Source of the DNA: Candidatus Methylomirabilota bacterium
GTDB taxonomy: Bacteria; Methylomirabilota; Methylomirabilia; Rokubacteriales; CSP1-6
Assembly (NCBI GenBank): GCA_046726415.1
Contig: JBKPAK010000014.1
Coordinates: 1 to 59,465 of the forward strand
Length of the DNA: 59,465 nucleotides
Reading direction: 5' to 3'
Of the stretch, positions 55,263 through 59,465 are shown in pieces. Each line of letters begins with the position of its first letter. Position 1 is the stretch's first letter. A program made the translations under genes and the position numbers. The notes under the pieces are model-generated. The model was not told the origin of the DNA, ran no database searches, and was given only the letters and a program-made list of their open reading frames with translations.

Positions 55263-55691
55263 TCACGCCACCTGGAACGCGGGGAGCCAGCGCTCCAGGC
55301 CGTTCGCGTCGTCGGCAACACGTAGCGGAGCCAGTCGCACGCGTTGGCCCATCCGCACCGACGTGGGATCGGCGCCGGTGACGACGGTGAAGATACGGTG
55401 GTCGGCGACCATGACGATGGCGAAGACGCGGGGCCCCGCGAAGCCCGCCGGGAGTCCGGCCTCCTGGACGGTAAAGGCGTACACCGTACCCTCGGAGGGT
55501 AGATCGATCCAGTCGAAGCGATCAGACCCGCAGTGGGGACAGAAGCCGCGCGGCGGCCACGCCGCCCGGCCGCAGCCCGCACACTGTGTGGTGGACAGCC
55601 GCCCGGCGGCCAGGCGCGCGTAGAAGTCGTGCAGCTTGGTCTGCTCAGGAGACTCCAGCGGGAACGGATCGATGGCGCGGTAGTAGGTCAC
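55263..55691 (-). CDS. DUF35/ChsH2-like Zn-ribbon + OB-fold protein (thiolase partner)
   Basis: QCAGCG...[29 protein letters not shown] overlap with the upstream gene. Confidence 0.92.
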   Translation of the reverse strand: MTYYRAIDPFPLESPEQTKLHDFYARLAAGRLSTTQCAGCGRAAWPPRGFCPHCGSDRFDWIDLPSEGTVYAFTVQEAGLPAGFAGPRVFAIVMVADHRIFTVVTGADPTSVRMGQRVRLAPLRVADDANGLERWLPAFQVA

Positions 55692-56665
55692 GCGCCGGCC
55701 CGCTCGCGCTTGAGCTGACGCAGCAGCGCGCGCAACTTCGCCGTCTCGAACTCCTCGCGCCGCTCGCCGCCGTAGTCGTAGAATCCCCGCCCGGTCTTGG
55801 GGCCCAGCTCGTTGGCCGCGACCTTCTCCTCGACCAGGCGAGCGGCCCGGAACCGCTCGTCGCCGAGGGCCTTCGTCATGTAGTCGCTGGCCCGGTGCAG
55901 GATGTCCACTCCGCCCCAGTCGATGAATTCAAAGATCCCGATCGTGGCGTAACGGAACCCCATGCCGGCCCGGAAAGCGCGATCGACGTCCGCGGGCGTG
56001 GCGACCCCCTCCTCGACCAGGCGTACCGCCTCGTTCATGAGCAGGCATTGCAGGCGTGGCCCGATATAGCCAGGCGACGCAGCACAGCGGACCGGCGTCT
56101 TCCCGAGCCGCTCCAGGATACTCAGAGTCCGCTCGACGACATTCGACGCCGTGCGCGGGCTCGGTACCACTTCGACGAGCGGGATGACGTAGGCCGGATT
56201 CAACCAGTGGGCGACGAGGAAGCGCTCGGTCCCGTGCACGGCGTCCATGAGGTCGGCGGGGTTGATGGTCGAGCTGGTAGACGCCAGGATGGCGTCGTCC
56301 GCCACCAGACCGCCCAGCCGATCGAACACGTTCCGCTTCAGTTCGACCTGCTCCGGCAGAGCTTCCTGGACGAATTCACAGTCGGCGATTGCTGACAGCT
56401 CTCGATGCTCTTCGATCCGGGCGACGGTGGCGTCGGTGTCGGCCACGCCGAGCAACCCCTCCTCGACCATGAGCTCGAGATCGCGCGCCATCTCGCGGCG
56501 CGCGTCGGTAAAGGTGGCGGCCGCCTCGCGGGGGGAACGCGGCTTGACATCCACAAGAGACACCGAGCACCCAGCCAGCGCGAAGGTGAGCGCGATGCCC
56601 CGCCCCATCCGACCAGGCCCGATGACCCCGACCCGTCGTGGGAGGATGGCGAGCTCGTCGTTCAC
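55688..56665 (-). CDS. 3-hydroxyacyl-CoA dehydrogenase family protein
   Basis: GPGRMGRGIA, EALPE...LK, ASTSST, HWLNPAY, GYIGPRLQ, ELGPKTGRGFY; start reassigned to the GTG overlapping the thiolase stop. Confidence 0.92.
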   Translation of the reverse strand: MNDELAILPRRVGVIGPGRMGRGIALTFALAGCSVSLVDVKPRSPREAAATFTDARREMARDLELMVEEGLLGVADTDATVARIEEHRELSAIADCEFVQEALPEQVELKRNVFDRLGGLVADDAILASTSSTINPADLMDAVHGTERFLVAHWLNPAYVIPLVEVVPSPRTASNVVERTLSILERLGKTPVRCAASPGYIGPRLQCLLMNEAVRLVEEGVATPADVDRAFRAGMGFRYATIGIFEFIDWGGVDILHRASDYMTKALGDERFRAARLVEEKVAANELGPKTGRGFYDYGGERREEFETAKLRALLRQLKRERAGA

Positions 56666-57831
56666 GCCGCCTCCCGGCCGTAGATCATGACGACGTGCTC
56701 GCCCATGCCGCTGTTGTTGTGGGTGAGGCCGAAATCGGTGTCGGGCACCTGACGGGCGCCCGCCTCGTCGCGGAGTTGCTGGAAGACTTCCACCGCCTGG
56801 GCAACCCCCGTCGCTCCCAGTGGATGGCCGCACCCGATGAGGCCGCCGCGCGGGTTGACCACCACGTCGCCGCCATAGTCGCTGCGTCCAGCCTGCACGA
56901 AGAAGCCGGCCTCGCCCTTGTCGCAGAAGCCCAGCTCTTCGTACGCGATCAGCTCGGCGATTGCGAAACAGTCGTGCACCTCGGCGAGCTCGATGTCGGC
57001 CGGGCCCACCCCCGCCATGCGGTAGGCAGCCTCGGCCGCCCGCTTCAGCGCTGGCCAGTGGGCGTAGTCTTCGTGGAGCGAAGTGAGCTGAAAACCGTCG
57101 AGAGCCTGGCCCGTTCCGCGGATCCACACCGGCCGGTCGGTGAGGTCCCGCGCCCGCTCCTCGGAGGCCAGGATGACGGCGGCGGCGCCATCGGTGATGG
57201 GCGAGCACATGAACAGGCGCAGCGGGGTGGCGATCATCCGCGAACAGAGCACCTGATCGAGGGTGGCGCCCTTGTTGAAGTGCGCGTTCGGGTTCTTCGA
57301 GGCGTGGGTGTGGTTCTTCACGCCCACCAGGGCGAGCTGCTCCTCGGTCGTTCCGTATCGCTGCATGTGGCGTTGCGCGGCCAGAGCGAAGCAGGGCGGC
57401 GCCGTGAGCCCGAACGACCCTTCCCACTCGCGGTCCACCCCCGTGCCCATGTTGAGGACGGCCTCGTCGCTGCTGGGCTGGTTTAGCTTCTCGACACCCA
57501 GCACCATCACCAGATCGGCCAGCCCTGCCGCGATGAAGGCATAGGCGTAGCGGATGCCCACCGTCCCCGAGGCGCACATGTGCTCGGTGCGCGCGCTCAG
57601 AGCGCTGGGTCGGATCCCCAGCGCCTCGGCGGCCATCGACGCGATGTGGCTCTGGAACGCCGTGCGCTCCGGCATGACGGAGCCGACCACGAGCCCCTCG
57701 AGGTCGCGTGGCCTCACCCCTGGGGCGGAGTCGAAGCAGACCTTGCCTGCCTCCCAGATGAGGTCGCGATACGTCGCTCTGCGCACGCCGAACTTGGAGA
57801 CACCGGCCCCTATCAGCGCCACGTTTCGCAT
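56662..57831 (-). CDS. SCP2-type thiolase family protein
   Basis: EHMCASG, CSPITDGAAA, EVHDCF, GHPLGATG; AGGAG RBS. Confidence 0.93.
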   Translation of the reverse strand: MRNVALIGAGVSKFGVRRATYRDLIWEAGKVCFDSAPGVRPRDLEGLVVGSVMPERTAFQSHIASMAAEALGIRPSALSARTEHMCASGTVGIRYAYAFIAAGLADLVMVLGVEKLNQPSSDEAVLNMGTGVDREWEGSFGLTAPPCFALAAQRHMQRYGTTEEQLALVGVKNHTHASKNPNAHFNKGATLDQVLCSRMIATPLRLFMCSPITDGAAAVILASEERARDLTDRPVWIRGTGQALDGFQLTSLHEDYAHWPALKRAAEAAYRMAGVGPADIELAEVHDCFAIAELIAYEELGFCDKGEAGFFVQAGRSDYGGDVVVNPRGGLIGCGHPLGATGVAQAVEVFQQLRDEAGARQVPDTDFGLTHNNSGMGEHVVMIYGREAA

Positions 57832-57952
57832 CGCCGGCTCCTACTGGACCTCTTCCGACGCGAAGGCAATCTTTCGGATCTCCATCACTCGTCTCCGAAG
57901 AATACTGGTCCGGCCTCCGCCACGCTCGCGCGATGCGCCGGTCCTCCGAGGC

Positions 57953-59110
57953 TCATGGAATCTCCCCTCGCGTGTAGTCGAGGTCCCGCGCGATGATGAG
58001 TCGGAGGATCTCCGACGTTCCGCCGCCGGGCAGGAGAAAGCGCGCGTCCCGGAAGTAGCGCTGGACCGGATACTCCATGGCCAGCCCGTACGAGGCAAAG
58101 ATGCGCGCGGCCTCGTCGGTGACTCTGACCGCCATTTCGGAGGCAAACAGCTTCACCATCGCCGCCTCCCGGGTGATGGCGGCGCCGAGGTCGAGCCTGG
58201 CCGCTGCCTGGTACGTCATGAGCGTGGCCGCGTGCATCGAGGTCAGCATGTCGGCCAGCTTGAACCCGATGGCCTGGTGCTCGCCGATCGGCTTGCCGAA
58301 GGCCACGCGCTGCCGGGAGTAGTCCAGGGCCGCCTGGTGAGCGCCGCGGGCCACTCCCAGTGAGAGAGCCGCCGTCATCACGCGAATCTCGGACAGGATG
58401 GACCCGATCGCCTCCGCGCCGCCCGTCTCGCCCCCCAGCAGGTGCGTGCTCGGGACCTCGACGTCCTCGAGCAGGATCTCTCCCGTCTCCGAGGCGCGCA
58501 CCGCCATCTTGTCGATCTTCTTCCCGAGGGCAATGCCCCGCATGGTCGAGCGATCGAGGAGGAAGAGCGCGATGTTCTTCATGCCGCGCTCGGCCGAGGT
58601 CTTGGCGGCCACCGTGAAGACGTCGGCCACCGGCGCGTTGGTCACCCACGTCTTGCCCCCGTGGAGCACCCAGTGGTCGCCGCGACGCTCGGCGCGGGTG
58701 GTCATGCCCGCCAGATCGGAGCCGGCATTCGGCTCGGTCAGGGCGAAGGTCGCCACCACTTCACCGCGGAGCGCGGGCACCAGGTACCGCTGGCGCACTT
58801 CCTCGGAGCCGTGCTTGTAGATGAAGTACGTCCCCATGAGCGACTGCATGGCCGCGGCCGCCGCCAGCGACAGTGAGCCCCGCGCCAGCTCTTCGGCGAA
58901 GAGGCAGTAGGTCACCATGTCGGCCTCGGCCCCGCCGTAGGCCTCGGGATAGCGAAGCGCGAGGTAGCCCAGCTCGCCGAGCCGGCGAAAGAGCTTGGTG
59001 GGGAACTCCCCGCGCTCGTCGAGGGCGGCCGCCTCCGGCACGACCTCGGCGTCGACGAAGCGGGCGATGCTCTTGCGAAACTCGTCCTGCTCTCGCGTGA
59101 AGCAGATCAT
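57953..59110 (-). CDS. Acyl-CoA dehydrogenase family protein lacking the canonical catalytic Glu
   Basis: FALTEPNAGSD, GGKTWVTN, RVAFGKPI, VKLFASE, RYFRDAR; C-terminal motif reads PGGGTSEILR. Confidence 0.93.
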   Translation of the reverse strand: MICFTREQDEFRKSIARFVDAEVVPEAAALDERGEFPTKLFRRLGELGYLALRYPEAYGGAEADMVTYCLFAEELARGSLSLAAAAAMQSLMGTYFIYKHGSEEVRQRYLVPALRGEVVATFALTEPNAGSDLAGMTTRAERRGDHWVLHGGKTWVTNAPVADVFTVAAKTSAERGMKNIALFLLDRSTMRGIALGKKIDKMAVRASETGEILLEDVEVPSTHLLGGETGGAEAIGSILSEIRVMTAALSLGVARGAHQAALDYSRQRVAFGKPIGEHQAIGFKLADMLTSMHAATLMTYQAAARLDLGAAITREAAMVKLFASEMAVRVTDEAARIFASYGLAMEYPVQRYFRDARFLLPGGGTSEILRLIIARDLDYTRGEIP

Positions 59111-59235
59111 GGTAGCGGCCGCGCGGGGACCGTCTCGAACCGAGGGTGGCCTGCTCGAGGTGCGCGGGGCTTCATGGTAGCGACCGCGCGGGGACCGTCT
59201 CGAACCGAGGGTGGCCTGTTCGAGGGACGCGGGGC
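59107..59235. repeat. Two tandem 64-bp units (65-bp period), each encoding an ATGA-bounded mini-ORF on the minus strand
   Basis: 59107-59170 versus 59172-59235: 4 mismatches in 64 nt. Confidence 0.9.
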
Positions 59236-59245
59236 CGCGTCCAAT

Positions 59246-59465
59246 TCATGATTGTCGCCGCCGGAGCGCTTCGCCAGTCGCCTGGCCGAGCGCGGAGCTT
59301 CGCACCTGTCCTCTCTTCTCGGCGCGCAAGGTCAAGGTGGCCGCTTCGTCGAGCGTGGGCTCGCCGTCGTCCTCCGCGATGACGACGCCGTAGCGGCTGC
59401 GCGCGGCCTCGACGGAGACGTACTCGTCCAGCACGTCGTCGAGCACGCGACGGGGATCGCGCCCG
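59246..59465 (-). CDS. C-terminal end of a hydantoinase B/oxoprolinase family protein (partial)
   Basis: GRDPRRVLDDVLDEYVSVEAARSRYGVVI...LDEAATLTLR, the typical hydantoinase B tail; frame open to the window edge. Confidence 0.82.
   Translation of the reverse strand, partial: GRDPRRVLDDVLDEYVSVEAARSRYGVVIAEDDGEPTLDEAATLTLRAEKRGQVRSSALGQATGEALRRRQS

Noticed and set aside
59107-59235. Possible CRISPR array
   Set aside because: Only two adjacent 64-bp units with no unique spacers, and no cas genes in the window.
48263-59465. Assigning iaa gene symbols, or calling the mutase a true methylmalonyl-CoA mutase
   Set aside because: Only family-level similarity can be judged by eye; orthology needs alignments, and the pocket residues argue against plain MCM.
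1-59465. tRNA, rRNA, cobalamin riboswitch, transposase or integrase
   Set aside because: None recognised by eye in the intergenic regions or ORFs; a covariance-model scan (Infernal/Rfam, tRNAscan-SE) would be needed to exclude weak cases.

Overview
High-GC (roughly 68-70% by eye) bacterial chromosomal DNA. The gene content (many LLM oxidoreductases, Liv-type ABC transporter, CoA enzymes) would fit a soil lineage such as Rokubacteria/Methylomirabilota, but that is inference only. I found no rRNA, tRNA, CRISPR array or intact mobile element. Left to right: glgB; an LLM oxidoreductase; a NodV/NodW-like two-component pair facing a receiver-ECF sigma-RND efflux operon; a haem-c/HAMP sensor plus class III nucleotidyl cyclase operon; a LigD-type primase-polymerase beside a LigC remnant; a gentisate-dioxygenase-like cupin/LLM/ABC operon; a MarR-RND operon; a second, decaying two-component module with a deleted P450; FAH/LLM genes; an atypical OmpR regulator; a CP-ATP-grasp/alpha-E/transglutaminase operon; and a large CoA-dependent catabolic cluster running off the right edge. 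That cluster (about 43.6-59.5 kb) is the most interesting part. It encodes hydantoinase B, an acyl-CoA dehydrogenase lacking the catalytic Glu, a thiolase with DUF35 partner, a 3-hydroxyacyl-CoA dehydrogenase, a split B12 mutase with a rewired substrate pocket, a Mo-hydroxylase large subunit, a class III CoA transferase, an opine-dehydrogenase-like enzyme and two CoA ligases. This family set parallels the anaerobic indole-3-acetate (iaa) pathway but with differences, suggesting a variant or undescribed N-heterocycle/lactam pathway. A second theme is internally deleted gene scars and tiny start/stop-overlapping ORFs, including a MIRU-like 65-bp tandem repeat, that appear to preserve translational coupling. 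All calls come from motif recognition by eye; no searches were run.
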